A stretch of DNA of 64,000 nucleotides from Eledone cirrhosa (lineage: Eukaryota). The notes below the pieces were generated by a model that was given only the letters and a program-made list of their open reading frames with translations, did no database searches and had not been told where the DNA came from. Location: positions 50,344,001 to 50,408,000 of the forward strand of contig OZ024747.1 of the NCBI GenBank assembly GCA_964016885.1, in the 5' to 3' direction. Of this stretch, positions 14,888 to 29,112 are shown one piece after another (position 1 is the first letter of the stretch; each line of letters starts with the position of its first letter). The position numbers were made by a program, and so were the translations under genes.

Positions 14888-15330
14888 TGTGTATGTGTGG
14901 GGAGAGCGGTGTGAATATGAGGCTTTATTGACTATAGAATTCTTCAAATTAGTTAATTAGTCGAGTTTTTGTCTTTAGCCTGTCCGGGCATATGGCGGAG
15001 TTGTACCAAGTAAAGACACGCTACAGACTTAGTACGTCTTCTTCACCGACTCATCTTGTCTTTTGTTTTATATAATAATACGGCTTTGTTAAAATTCTTA
15101 CAAATCTCCTGTTCCAGCTAGTTTCATCTTGAAATAGTCATTGGTAGCTTGGTTTTCTTTTTTTTTTTTCAAAGGAGGATAGTATGTGAAAAGAAATATG
15201 TGATGGTGGTGATGTTGTAGTGGTAGTGGTGGTTATGGTGGTGGTTGCGGTGGTAGTGATGGTGCAGGTGAATACAGATGGTGTTTAGATGGAGAGAGCG
15301 AATTTCGTTGATAGAGAGTAACATAGATTA

Positions 15331-15368
<38 letters not shown>

Positions 15369-15425
15369 CATATATACACACATAAGCAAATACACACACA
15401 CACGCACGCACGCACACACATACAT

Positions 15426-15465
<40 letters not shown>

Positions 15466-15556
15466 GCATATACACACACTCACCCACATATATTTTATTT
15501 CTCTCTCTCTATCTCTCTGTATCTATGTGTGTACGTACATGAAAAATATATAGAAT

Positions 15557-15634
<78 letters not shown>

Positions 15635-16289
15635 CAGACATAGTTATTTATATATATTAATTGTTGGAATGCTGGGTAGACAGATACCTAGATATATTGA
15701 GGAAAAAAAAAGAAAGAAAAATGGATAAAGAGTGAGAAAGAGAAGTAATTAATAAAATTAATTGATAATTCATGATAATTTGTGTGTAACTAAGTAAGTG
15801 TTTGCTAATTTATTGTCAATAATCTTTCAGAATTTACTATTATGAAAAAAACTATTCTTTTGTTGTATGTCATCTCTGATATCGTTGTTATTGTTGTTGT
15901 TGTTATTGTTGTTGTTGTTATTGTTGTTGTTGTTATTATTGTTGTTGTTGTCATTGTTATTTTTGTTGTTGATGTTGATGTTGATGTTGATGTTACTGTT
16001 GATAATTTTGTTGTTGTAAGATGACGCTTGCTCTTGTCGTTGTTTTTGGTTCTTTTCTTTTTGTCTGAACTCGTTACTTTAGATGTTGTCCGTTGGTTTA
16101 AATAATGTTTCCTTTCTTTTATTCGTTTTTTTTTTAAACAAAAACAACAAATTTTTTCCCGTGTGGAATTTAGCATAACTTTTGTTTCTTAATTTTCTCC
16201 TTTCTGTAGTGTGCAATGATATTTTAATCACCTTGAAGGTGAAACAATCAATACACAGATTGTACAAATATATTCAGCATTCGTGAATT

Positions 16290-16860
16290 CCCGTAGTCTA
16301 GTAGCTAGAGTGTTCATCTCACGATCATTAAGTTGTGATTTCGCTTCCCGGCGGAGCGCTGTGTCTTTGAGCAAGACACTTTATTTCTTGTAGCTCCAGT
16401 CCACTAAGCTGGCAAAAATGCGTAGTATTTGTAATTTAATGAGCCACCCTTGCCACACATTGGATTATATTGAATCTCCTTGATAATTGCATGGAATTAG
16501 TGAGCAAGTGACTCAGCATTCCTCAGATAAGATACGCATACCCTTAACGCACACGGGCGTCTGTGAGTGTGTGTTCCATCCGATCGAACGGTGACTGTTA
16601 CAATTGTTCGAACCACAGTGTAACTTCCTCGGGAAATCAACGTGCAAGTGGCTGAATATTCCATAGTCTCGTGTAGCCTTAACGTACTTCTCGGCTAACC
16701 ATTTTAATTAGAGGCACAACTAATTTTGTTCTCAACTGAATGGACTGGAGCAACATGAAAGAAAGTGCTTTGCTCAAAGGTACAACGCTCCACCGGGAAG
16801 CGAATTCATGACTTAATAATCGTGAGGGGATCACCCTAATTATTAAATCACGTGTCTTCA
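16290..16860. mobile_element. Degraded tRNA-headed SINEs with CORE-like block (OR-like), two orientations
   Basis: tgtgtctttgagcaagacactttatttc...ctccagtccac on +, and a reverse copy at about 16735-16850. Confidence 0.6.
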
Positions 16861-17216
16861 TTAATCCTGAATATATTTGTGTCTCCCCAAGGATGTTCCG
16901 TCGGAATGGAAACCACTACATTATGATCGGAAACCGAACACCAAAACCATTAAGACGCTCCTTCAACAACTTCTACTATAATCCAAAGCTTATGAGTAAA
17001 TGTTACAATAAAACGACATTTCCTGCTTCTGATTGAATGTCGAGGTATTTACTGGTGATTTTACATTAGAAATATTTATGAAAATAGTTCGATTTGTATT
17101 TTATTTTATTTTATTTCTGAACATATCAACTTTTTACTTTTCGATCTTTCGAAAATGTTAGCAAATAATAATCAGCAATCACCAACCAGTTTTTATGAAA
17201 ATCTTACTCTCATTAC

Positions 17217-17263
<47 letters not shown>

Positions 17264-17664
17264 ATTATATCTCTCTTTCTTCATATATATATATATATAT
17301 ATATAAACAGAGAGAGAGAGAGAGATTTTCATTTACGTGTGTCTCCAAATTATTGATATTGTTGTCTTTAACAATAAATTAAGCTCTAAATACCCCTATC
17401 CTACCAACAGCCACCAAAGTACCCCTATCCCACCAACACCCACCAAAATACCTCTATCCCGCCAACACCAACAAAACTACCAAATTAAAAAAAAATAATA
17501 TTATTCCAATGTAATATTTTAAAGACAAAGGCTAGTTTACTTACCACTTTCTCACCCTCTCTCACTCTATCTTTTTCTCCCTCTATCAATCTAGCTTTCT
17601 CTCACACTCTCACTCTTTATTTTCTTTTGTATTTTCAAAGTCTATACAATATTGTCTAAAAGTC

Positions 17665-17872
17665 TAAAGTCTGTCTTAAGCCAGAAGGCTCATTTGGCCG
17701 GTGCTTATCCCCGGTTTCATGGCGTGAAGCGACTGAGAGTACAAGACTCCCCCCTGGACAGGACGCCAGTCCATCGCAGGTTTAAACCTCCAGCTATTGC
17801 TAGTACTCATTTTCAACTGAGTATACTGGAGCAACGTGAATTGAAGTGTTTTTCTCAAGAACACAACCGCAT
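17665..17872 (-). mobile_element. SINE body with conserved central domain
   Basis: Reverse complement gives ctgcgatggactggcgtcctgtccagggg...gaaaccggggataagcaccggcc, typical of deeply conserved invertebrate SINE domains. Confidence 0.65.
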
Positions 17873-18186
17873 TTAATGACTATATTAAACACAATAAATT
17901 ACAACACTGCATACAAATATTTTATTGCCCCTTCGCGGGCCTTGTTCGTATGGTTAGCCAGCTGTATACCGATCATAATGATTAGGGGGATGATTTACAG
18001 TCCCACAAGGTCAGCTATTATTTTTAAGACAATACATGTAATACGACATTATATTTGCGACATTATAAATTTACGACATATTTACGAACATTATGTATTT
18101 ACGACATATTTACGATATATATTTACGACATATTTACGATATTATATATTTACGGCATTATATATTTACGACATTATATATTACTG

Positions 18187-18372
18187 CGGTGGATTGGCAG
18201 TATCGGTAGAGGGTCGGACGCCATGCTTTCTAGCATAGTTACGTCCCTTTACGATCTGAGTTCAAATCCCGCCGAGGTTAACTTTGCCTTTCATCCTTAC
18301 GGGGTCGATAAAATAAAGTACCAGTAATGTACTGGGTATTTGCTGGCTTTGTGCCAAAAGTAGAAACAATTA
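18187..18372 (+). mobile_element. OK-like SINE
   Basis: A-box-like tggcagtatcgg, B-box gagttcaaatccc, and body gaggttaactttgcctttcatcc..gtcgataaaataaagtaccag. Confidence 0.85.
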
Positions 18373-18597
18373 TATATTACATTATATTTTACAGCAATAT
18401 AGTATAATTATAGTTATAACATATAGTGGCGTTTGGCAGAGTCGTTAGAACGTCGGATAGAATGCTTCATGCTGTTCGTTCCGGCTCTCTACTCTCTCAT
18501 TCGAGGTCGATAAAAAAGGACCAGTTAAGCGCTTGGGCCAATTCTTCCTCTATACCTCTTTCTCATTTCCTTTATCCCACTCTCTATACTTCTCTGG

Positions 18598-19509
18598 AAG
18601 AAATCTGCTGTACTCAGCCCGGGAGAAGGAATTGGTTCCGCCAGGTTTAGAAATGTCCCAAGAAGAAATCTGCTGTACTCAGCCTGGGAGAAGGAATTGG
18701 GGCCGCCATGTTTAGAAATGCCCCAAGAAGAAATCTGATGTACCCAGCCCGGGAGGAGGAATTGGTTCCGCCAGGTTTAGAAATGCCCCAAGAAGAAATC
18801 TGCTGTACCCAGCCTGGGAGAAGGAATTGGTTCCGCCAGATTTAGAAATGTCCCAAGAAGAAATCTGCTGTACCCAGCTCGGGAGAAGGAATTGGTTCCG
18901 CCTTGTTTAGAAATGCCCCAAGAAGAAATCTGCTGTACTCAGCCTGGGAGAAGGAATTGGTTCCGCCAGGTTTAGAAATGTCCCAAGAAGAAATCTGCTG
19001 TACTCAGCTCGGGAGAGGGAATTGGTTCCGCCATGTTTAGAAATGCCCCAAGAAGAAATCTGCTGTACCCAGCTCGGGAGACGGAATTGGTTCCGCCAGG
19101 TTTAGAAATGCCCCAAGAAGAAATCTGCTGTACTCAGCTCGGGAGAGGGAATTGGTTCCGCCAGGTTTAGAAATGTCCCAAGAAGAAATCTGCTGTACTC
19201 AGCTCGGGAGAGGGAATTGGTTCCGCCAGGTTTAGAAATGTCCCAAGAAGAAATCTGCTGTACTCAGCTCGGGAGACGGAATTGGTTCCGCCAGGTTTAG
19301 AAATGTCCCAAGAAGAAATCTGCTGTACTCAGCTCGGGAGACGGAATTGGTTCCGCCAGGTTTAGAAATGTCCCAAGAAGAAATCTGCTGTACTCAGCTC
19401 GGGAGAGGGAATTGGTTCCGCCAGGTTTAGAAATGTCCCAAGAAGAAATCTGCTGTACTCAGCTCGGGAGAGGGAATTGGTTCCGCCAGGTTTAGAAATG
19501 CCCCAAGAA
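18598..19509. repeat. 65-bp tandem satellite, 14 copies
   Basis: aaatctgctg recurs every 65 bp from 18601 to 19446, with no unique spacers. Confidence 0.95.
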
Positions 19510-19834
19510 ACGCCGTATGTCAGTATGTCACCCCAACGACTGCCTTAGGAGTTATGGGTCGGTATCCTACCATGGTTATAGGTTGCAATATAGCGCAGTT
19601 ATATTTAACTACTAAAACAGTTTACATTTTGGACCACCATCGGTTATAACGATGAGTGCTTTAGTTGTTTGACGAACGACACAGCCAACTTCTGAAATTA
19701 ACGTGCATGTGACTGAACATTCTACAGACAAATTTATGTTTAATGCATTTCTCAGGGAGATTCAGCGTTACACAGTGTGTGGTAAGGCTGCTCGTCCTTT
19801 GAATTATAGGTACAGTTATCTTCAATTCGGTATT

Positions 19835-20030
19835 CCTGCTAACCGTCACCTATGGTCACGAATCTTGGGTAATGACCGAAAGAATACGATAGCGAATACA
19901 AGCGGCCGAAATGGGTCTCCTCCGAAGGGTCTTTCGAGTAATGTTACTCGATAGAGTGTGTAGCTCAGAGATCAGAGTCACTCCAGATAGAGCCGCTACT
20001 TCTTCGAATTGAGAGATCACAGCTGGAAGG
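19835..20030 (+). mobile_element. RTE-clade (BovB/Expander-like) LINE RT C-terminal fragment
   Basis: TYGHESWVMTERIR*RIQAAEMGLLRRV...DRVCSSEIR..IEPLLLRIERSQL. Confidence 0.75.
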
Positions 20031-20075
20031 AGTGTTTGAGGACTCTGCCTCTAAGACAGAAATAAGTGGGCGAAG

Positions 20076-20105
<30 letters not shown>

Positions 20106-20106
<1 letters not shown>

Positions 20107-20276
20107 CAGTAAGATGAGATGTCAATGAGACTTGTGGCTCAGTAAGACGAGACATCAGTGAGACTTGTGGCTCAGTAAGACAAGACGTCAGCGAGACTTG
20201 TTACTTAGTAAGATGAGACGTCAGTGAGACTTGTGGCTTAGTAAGACGAGAAGTCAATGAGACTTCGCGCTTAGTA
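20106..20276. repeat. 33-bp minisatellite, about 5 copies
   Basis: Unit cagtaagacgagacgtcagtgagacttgtggct. Confidence 0.9.
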
Positions 20277-20644
20277 AATTATAGTATGTAATAAAAATAT
20301 GAATTATGTGAATATACCGGAAGTGATATGAAGGTTGACCGAGTACAAAACGTAACAATTAATAAATAGTAAAGAAGTTGTAATTGAATTTATCTGTGGA
20401 ACGGAAGCGGAAGTTAGTAGTATCTATCTAAGAAATGTTAATGAGTTAAAAGTATTGAACTGGAGCAAAAGAAAGGTGGATGTGTGTGTGTGGTGTGTGG
20501 GTGGTGTGTGGGTGGGTAATTGTGTGTGTGTGTGTGTGTGTGGGGGGGGGGGGGGGGTATTTGTAGACACTTCATGGCTAGAGAAATAAAAAAAAACCCA
20601 AAACATAACAAGCAAACAACGGTTACAATAAATAATAATAATAA

Positions 20645-20826
20645 TAATAATTTCTACTTTAGGCACAAGGCCAGCAATTTGAAGGGGTGGGGAAAGTCAA
20701 TTAAATCGATCCCAGTGCATTACTGGTGCTTTATTTTATCGACCCCGTAAGGGTGAAAGGCAAAGCTAACCTCGGCGGAATTTTATCTCAGAATGTAAAG
20801 GGCCATAACTCTATACCGCGAAACAT
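20645..20826 (-). mobile_element. OK-like SINE
   Basis: Reverse complement of the 18187 family. Confidence 0.8.
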
Positions 20827-21346
20827 GTTGTTTTGGTTTCCTTCTTTCTTTCCTACCTTCCTTTATTTTATTTTTTTTATTTATTTTATTTTTCCTTCCA
20901 CCAGTTTTTGAGATTCTGAAACGGTTCTTGAGCTCTGCTATTCCTTCCCTGATTAAACAGTAAAACTATGGAGAACATCGGTAAAATAGGACAAATTGGC
21001 GGGGAACATAGTTAATATTGAACTTGTGTTTTCTTGTTTTGGCATCGAAAGTTCTTCTTTACACAATACAACTTGGTTACATAGCCTCCAGTATAATGAG
21101 AATCTAGATAATGAAACGTACTTATCAATTCACAAAGCAATCACATATTTATTTCATCAAAGTGGATGATATGACATTAAACTAAGTCGACATCCGGAAC
21201 CGTCCGGAACTGGACAGATTCTAAATCTGATAATTATCAACAAATTGATGCGTTGGTTGAGAGATGAAGGTAGGAAAGAAAAATTTCAGTTGAGCTTGTA
21301 ATATTTTAACATGGCGGAATATATTACGATATTCCTTATGTAAAAA

Positions 21347-21419
<73 letters not shown>

Positions 21420-22234
21420 GAAATAGAGCAAAAATGAAAGATCTTATTGAATGAGACGAGAATTATACATCACGTGATATCATGATTTTTGCTTACTTCC
21501 CCACCATTTCACTATTTAGCTGTAGAGAGAAATATAATCGACGGATACACACACATATTTATCTACCTACTGTTACTACAGTAGTAAATGTTTACCCCTC
21601 CAAGTTCATAACTGGTAGCAGTCAGGTACTGCTATATTCCTTACGGAAAGAAAATACGATTATACTAGAAATAGGAACCAATACAAAATATCTTATAGAA
21701 TGAAAACAAGTTCCTCAAACATCCACGGATCCAAATCCTTGGTCACATAATCAGTGTTGTATCCTGAAGTTGCTGGGTATTTCAGGTCTTTAAACATAGC
21801 CATGCTTATTTAGGTACCCACACTGATGTTGATTAAGACACGGTTTTCGTCCAAATGTCATACATATTCTGATGTCACAGGTAACTTCTCTTCTGCCATA
21901 GCGATCTGGGATTCCCTCCCAGTTGCTATCCAGCCCATGATATCATGTTTTGTTTCTTCATCCCACACGCTGTCTTGGGTTTGATGCAGTTTGAAATGTA
22001 ATCAAACGATACGCCATACACATTTAAACCGAACAAAACAGTGAAGGAAGATGTTTTATTTTATTTTATGTTGGAAGATAAGAATTATTATTCTGTTCCA
22101 TTAATAAATGAAAGATGGTGTTTTTGTTATAAAGCTGAAATGGCAAAAGACTAAATGATGTGTGCAATTTAGAATCTACAATATAGAGACAGCAGCAGGA
22201 CTATAATTCAATATATATTATTCATCGCAATAAT

Positions 22235-22311
<77 letters not shown>

Positions 22312-22395
22312 ACAAAACACACATACATTACATACATGTATATGAATATGTAAGAAAAATATAATGATAGGTATATATACCTATCATTATATTTT

Positions 22396-22458
<63 letters not shown>

Positions 22459-22945
22459 CATATTTACATGTGTGTGTGTGTGTGATTGGGACAAAGAAAT
22501 TTAACTTCTTCTGTATTAATACTTTCAGCTTGCTGCTCAAAAACACACGTTCTGTCTCGTCTTATATATTGTCTGCTTTGCTAAAAGCATTAAAGAATAG
22601 ATCTTTCTTGGAACTAAAGAATGATACAAACCCAGTACTCTTTATATTTTTGTTGATTTCTTAAGCTTTTGCAAGACGTTATTTGTAGGAAATATGGTAG
22701 GTATAAGATAAAATATACTAAAATATACAGTATACTGTTGACTTATAGAGAATATATCGATGGGAACGTTATTTTTGTTATCGGTTTAAAATAGTTTCTA
22801 GACATGAAAAGAAATAGAGAGCGAGACAGACAGAGAGAGAGAGAGAGAAGGAGGGGGTAGAGGAAAAAGAGAGCGAGAGGGAAAGAGATGTATGTACATA
22901 CGCACACACACATATATACACACACACATACACGCACACACACAC

Positions 22946-22996
<51 letters not shown>

Positions 22997-23740
22997 CATG
23001 TATATATAAATATATTCACTTACAAATAAATATAAATATACATATATGTATACGAACGACAATTATCTCCCGTTCGTGCCTTCCTCTTATTTATAAGTAC
23101 ACCTTATCCAGCAGCTACACAGCCCCTGTTTCTTCTAAAAAAATGTTATCAAGTTTTGCTGTGACCTGTTCTCTCTTTCTCCCTATCCATTTTGTTGCTA
23201 TCAACTCTTCCCCCTTCCCCCTTCTTTCTCTCTCTCCCTTTCTCCCTCTCACTTTTACTCTTCCTCTCTCTGCTAGCTACCCCGCTGCTTCCACTGTTTC
23301 TCTCGCTTGTTGCTCACGTCTGTCCTTTTCACTTACTCTTGCGGAGATCAGACGTGTTTTTTTCTCTCGTCCACCCAGCCTCGGACTTAAGTTCAGTAGC
23401 TGATGTTGACTTTAATTTTTTCTCTCTCTTCGAGTTGCTCACACACATATGCTTTCGGGTTTCCCTCTTCGGTTTGTTGTTTTCCGTTTTCTTTTCGCTG
23501 TTTTTTTTTCTTTTTCTTCCCTTTTCCCTTCTGTTATATATTTTTTCTCTCGCTCCTTTTTCTCCCAATAAGTTCCTTTAGTTATTGACACACTGGAGCT
23601 AGATATCTTGTCTTTAATGTGTAGAAATATCCATGATCTCTAACAGACAACTGATGAAGGGAAATTATCCCCCGTTCGCGCTTTCCTCTTATTTATAAAT
23701 ACACCTTATCCAGCAATTACACAACCTCTGTTTCTTTAAA

Positions 23741-23809
<69 letters not shown>

Positions 23810-23851
23810 TTCATATATACATATGTACGTATGGGTTATATCGAACAATAA

Positions 23852-24040
23852 TAATTGTTTCTACTTTTGACACAAGGCCAGCAATTATCCCAGTGTATTA
23901 CTGGTACTTTATTTTATCGACCCCCGTAACGATGAAAAGCAAAGTTAACCTCGGCGGGATTTGAACTCAGATCGTAAAGGGACGTAACTCTATGCGTCAA
24001 AGCATGGTGTCCGACCCTCTACCGATACTGCCAATCCACC
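23852..24040 (-). mobile_element. OK-like SINE (near full length)
   Basis: Reverse complement of the 18187 family. Confidence 0.85.
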
Positions 24041-24223
24041 TCGATTAAAGCTGTTCCGTGCCGATGACAAATCGTCATCTGTTTGTTCAACATTGAGGAG
24101 CTTCTGCGCATGTGTATTCATATAATTGTTTCTCTTTCCGTATAATCTCATTTAACCGAGCTGATGATCCGTCTTAGGTGAAACCAATTGTTCTCAGAAA
24201 TGGTGAATTAACTGTTGTGGAAC

Positions 24224-24274
<51 letters not shown>

Positions 24275-24424
24275 GTAGGAGGTGAGTTTTATTGTAGTAC
24301 AATAAAGCAATGCAGATATCGGATAAGAAGCACTCTACAGTTTGTAGGACTGGAGTATATCATATGTTGATTTAAAACTGAACTATCCACAAGTGTTTTT
24401 TAATCTTTATATCATGTCTTCCTG

Positions 24425-24491
24425 TTTTATCTGATGAAAACACAAATATTATTGCATGATGATATTTGTTTTTGAAATGCGCATAATAAAA
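24425..24491 (+). ncRNA. Type I hammerhead ribozyme motif
   Basis: Stem I TTTTAT/ATAAAA, core CTGATGA, long stem II (ACAAATATTA/TGATATTTGT), GAAA, palindromic stem III ATGCGCAT, AUA site. Confidence 0.8.
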
Positions 24492-24523
24492 TACATGGAA
24501 CTCTTTTAACCATCTTTTGTTCT

Positions 24524-24608
<85 letters not shown>

Positions 24609-25444
24609 ACATGGAGGTGGTGTTAAATTTTCATTCCGTTTATTGAGGTGTTCCGCGATTGATCACCTCAAGTTTCGATCTTTCGATCTGTATCGATGGG
24701 GCGCCACTCTGGAATAAAGGTAATCGGATTGTTGTGGTAATATATATATACATATATATATATATAAAGAGAGGAAGAGAGAGAGAGAGAGAGAGAGAGA
24801 GTGAGAGAGAGAGAGAAAGGGTGAGAAAGAGAGAAATGCATACACACATACATACTTATTTACATATATATACATATATACATTGACACACGCATACATA
24901 CATAGAAACATACATACATACATCCATATACACACATACATACGTACATACATACACATACATATATACGTACATACATGCACATACACATACATATATA
25001 CACATACATACATACGTACATACATACATACATACATATATAGATATAACGTCCGACTATATATTGTAATATATTACAAAGAACGGGTTTATTACAAAAC
25101 AACTTTTGTAGATTCTAGGGATTAAACATAACTGACAGTCTCCACCAGAAGACAAAAAACTACCAAATTATTGTGCTGAAGACTTTACAAAGATAAATAG
25201 TACTAAGAATAGAATCATTACCATGACGACTTTTGGGAATGGGTGATGGCTGGCAACCCGGGTTCGTTTTTGTTGTTGGGGGAGAAAAAATACACAAATA
25301 AGGAAATATGAAGGAGGCTGTGAGCAAGATGGCGGCAAGATAGAATAGAAAATAATGATGGCGCTGTGGTGTTGTAAATAAGCTGGTAGTGTTGTAGATA
25401 AATAATGTATGTAGATAAGGAGACATAGATATGTGTAGAATTAC

Positions 25445-26440
25445 TGATGGTTATATGTATGTTAGTATGTATGCGTGTATGTATGTATGCGTGTATGTGT
25501 GTATGTGTGTGTGTATGTATGTTAGTATGTATGCGTGTATGTATGTATGTATGTATGTATGTATGTATGTATGTATGCGTGTATGTGTGTATGTATGTAT
25601 GTATGTATGTATGTATGTATGTATGTATGTATGCGTGTATGTGTGTATTTGTGTATGTATGTTAGTATGTATGCGTGTATGTATGTATGTGTGTATGTGT
25701 GTATGTATGTGTGTGTGTATGTATGTATGCATGTATGTATGTATGTATGTATGTATGCGTGTATGTATGTGTGTTTGTATGTAAACGTGTATGTATGTAT
25801 GTATATATGTGTGTATATATGTGTATATGTTTGCATGTATATCTGTATATATGTATGCATGCGTGTATGTATGCGTGTATGTATGTATGTGTGTATGTAT
25901 GTAAGCGTGTATGTATGTATATGGGTGTGTATGTATGTGTATATGTTTGTATGTATATCTGTATATATGTATGTATGTATATGTGTGTGTATATATATGT
26001 ATGTATGTGTGTATGTATGCATGTATGTGTGTGTAAGTATGTATGTATGTATGTATGTATGTATGTATGTATGTATGTATGTATGTATGTATATATGTAT
26101 GTATATATGAATGTTTGAATACATGTATGCATGTATATGTCTATGTATGTATGTGCGTATGTATGTATGTATGTATGTTATCTATGTATGTACGTATATA
26201 AGCATGTATGTACGATTGGTTTTGTGGATCTACGGATGGATATGTAGACGTAAGTACGTGTGTATATATGTATCTGTGTGTTTGTATGTATGTATGTATG
26301 GATTATGAAGAAATACACCTACGTACATATGTATGCATGTATGCATGTATGTATAAATGTATGTATATGCATGTATATATGTTATGCATATATGTATGTA
26401 TATATGCAGGTATGTATGTATATGTATGTATGTATATGTA
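25445..26440. repeat. (TATG)n-derived array
   Basis: Directly visible in the sequence. Confidence 0.95.
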
Positions 26441-26447
26441 TGCTACT

Positions 26448-26700
26448 GGTAACATGTATCCCAGTACAACCTGTCTCATGGTCGGGTCGTTGGCGACTAA
26501 ACTGGCAACCCCACCAAGGTTTCTTGGTGAGGCGGGTGACTTTGGACATCCTGCAGGACTATAAACAAAACCTGTCAAAGGGCAAAGGAGCTCTTAAGAG
26601 TCAATGGCCATCCAAAATCACCGGGAGAGATGACCCCTTAGCCTTTGTCAAGGCAGAATTCTAGGAGAAGGAAAACTCTGATATAACACCTGCAACTCTG
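26448..26700 (+). mobile_element. Probable RTE-type LINE 5' UTR or RTE-related SINE
   Basis: ggcgactaaactggcaacccc...tctaggagaaggaaaactctga resembles RTE 5' UTR motifs. Confidence 0.5.
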
Positions 26701-27308
26701 ATGGTATCTAATGATATTGACATGTTCTTCTTTTTGGTAAATATCATCTTGGTTAAGAGAGTGGGACTGGCTTTGTGCAGTGCCTTTGCTCACTATAAAA
26801 GCTTCACGGCACAGGCATTGCTTTATATCTGGAGATATCTCTGCACTTGTCGTCACATGGTACCATGGGCCCAGCACTATGTGTTAATAATTGTCACAAG
26901 TGTAGTGTTTGTACCAGAGTTTTCAAGTCACTGGCTGGACTAAAAAGTCACACTCGTTCAGCGCATCGGTAGGAGTTCTCCTACATGGATATAAAGTAGT
27001 GGCCGTACTCGAAAACGAGTTGGCAGCCACCATATGCAGCAGGTCTGTATGTATATATATATGTATGTATATATGTGTGTGTGTGTGTTATACGTATGCG
27101 TGTGCATATGAACACTTGTATGAATATATTGAAAGGCACAAACCCGTGTATTTTCTTCATTCATGTTTGTAGAGCCGGTAGTGCTTATACACTCCACTTA
27201 CACGCGTGTATATATACACATATAGATTTAATTCTTATTGATATATAGGTCAATGTATCAACTGAACTAACATTTGTATTTATGTCTATAGGTACATATA
27301 TACATATA

Positions 27309-27361
<53 letters not shown>

Positions 27362-27577
27362 TCAGGTTTGAGGTTCACCACTGTATAGAGCTGGTCTATT
27401 CCGTATGGTCAATCGTAATGCAATAATATAGAGAGTACTCAACGTAAAGCAGTTCAACCGTCTTTGTTTTTGTAGTTGGTGGTGCTATTACGGAGTTAAA
27501 TATTATAATGAAATGACAGGAGGCTGGATTTTCAGCCCCATGGATTTTACCTATTACATTCACGTATTATATTTCGA

Positions 27578-27635
27578 ATACCTGATGATATCACCGGATT
27601 CATACGGAACCCGGTCATTGAAATGATCATAGTTT
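27578..27635 (+). ncRNA. Type I hammerhead ribozyme motif
   Basis: CTGATGA-T-ATcACCGGaTTC/GAAcCCGGTcAT-T-GAAA-TGATCA-TA, with palindromic stem III ATGATCAT. Lies between ~28 bp inverted repeats at about 27505 and 27660. Confidence 0.7.
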
Positions 27636-27683
27636 AATAAACCTTTCAAGGATTTACACAAATCCAGCATCCTGTCATTTCAT

Positions 27684-27728
<45 letters not shown>

Positions 27729-27730
<2 letters not shown>

Positions 27731-27865
27731 TCCAGAATTAGCCGTCGAAACGGCTTGAGCTCAGCCGTCGGGGTCTTACTTGTTCCTATTACCCACTCTA
27801 CTACCCTAAGTATTGAGTACTTTGGTGCGTTATGGTCCACCTGGTTCCTTACCACATTTCCTTCG

Positions 27866-27867
<2 letters not shown>
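27729..27867 (+). mobile_element. Family A monomer
   Basis: Starts at the 3' strand of stem II (gtccagaattagccgtc-GAAA) and ends in (TA)n. Confidence 0.8.
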
Positions 27868-28273
<406 letters not shown>

Positions 28274-28284
28274 ATATATATATG

Positions 28285-28318
<34 letters not shown>

Positions 28319-28319
28319 T

Positions 28320-28820
28320 TCGTTTTTGAATTTCTTCTTTTCCGAGATTTCTTATCTGAAAACGTGTGTTGAAACAGGTATTGTTATACTTTGGGAGGGT
28401 CATGTTGCCAATAAAAACACACATACCTTTAGATTTTTATAAATTTCTGGTTGGTTGGTTAGTTCGATAACCGGAAGGTTGTTTATATATTGTCAAAGCT
28501 CTTTCGTCACACATTCTGTGACCTCCTCAGTGACTAGGTTTTAATTTTGTGTGTCTCTACTTTGTTCTTTCCATTTTGTTTTTGTGTGTTGTGTGTTGTG
28601 TGTTTAGTTTGCGTTAGATCCGGGTGTGTGTGGGTGTTTTTATTTATTTATTTATTTATGTGTTTATTTATTTGTCACTAGTTGGTTGTTTGTTCTATCT
28701 GTGTGTGTCTGTATGTCTTCATTTTATCCTTAATTACTAGTTGTGATGTTGCTATTCCACTCATGTTTTCTGTTTAATTTTGGTTGGAGTTCGTTTATAT
28801 TTGTTGCTTCTGTGATTTAC
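28320..28820 (-). mobile_element. Family B PLE 3' end: GIY-YIG C-terminus, 3' UTR with HHR, tail at (TA)n
   Basis: Minus strand gives KITEATNINELQPKLNRKHEW. HHR CTGAGGA-G-GTCACA-gaatg-TGTGAC-GAAA-GAGCTTT at about 28494-28530. Confidence 0.8.
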
Positions 28821-28909
28821 CAACTATACATACATATATCTATATATACATGTGTGTGTAAGTGCGTGCGTGCGTGCGTGTGTGTGTGTGTGTGTGTGCG
28901 TGTTTGTGT

Positions 28910-28976
<67 letters not shown>

Positions 28977-28977
28977 A

Positions 28978-29112
28978 AGGCACATGACTGAGTGGTTCGA
29001 GAGTTGGATTCACAATTGTGAGGGTGTGAGTTCAATTCCCAGACCAGGCGATGCATTGTGTCCTTGGGCAAGACACTTTATTTCACGCTGCTCCAGTTCA
29101 CTCAGTTGTAGA
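28978..29112 (+). mobile_element. tRNA-headed SINE with CORE-like block
   Basis: gagttcaattccc B-box, then tgtgtccttgggcaagacactttatttcac. Confidence 0.7.

Noticed and set aside
18187-18272. tRNA genes
   Set aside because: A/B-box-like heads continue into SINE bodies and give no convincing cloverleaf.
18598-19509. CRISPR-like array (also 20106-20276 and 30564-30778)
   Set aside because: Units are contiguous without unique spacers, there are no cas genes, and the context is eukaryotic.
21700-22030. Coding-looking unique stretch
   Set aside because: The frames examined are interrupted by stops and show no recognisable motif.
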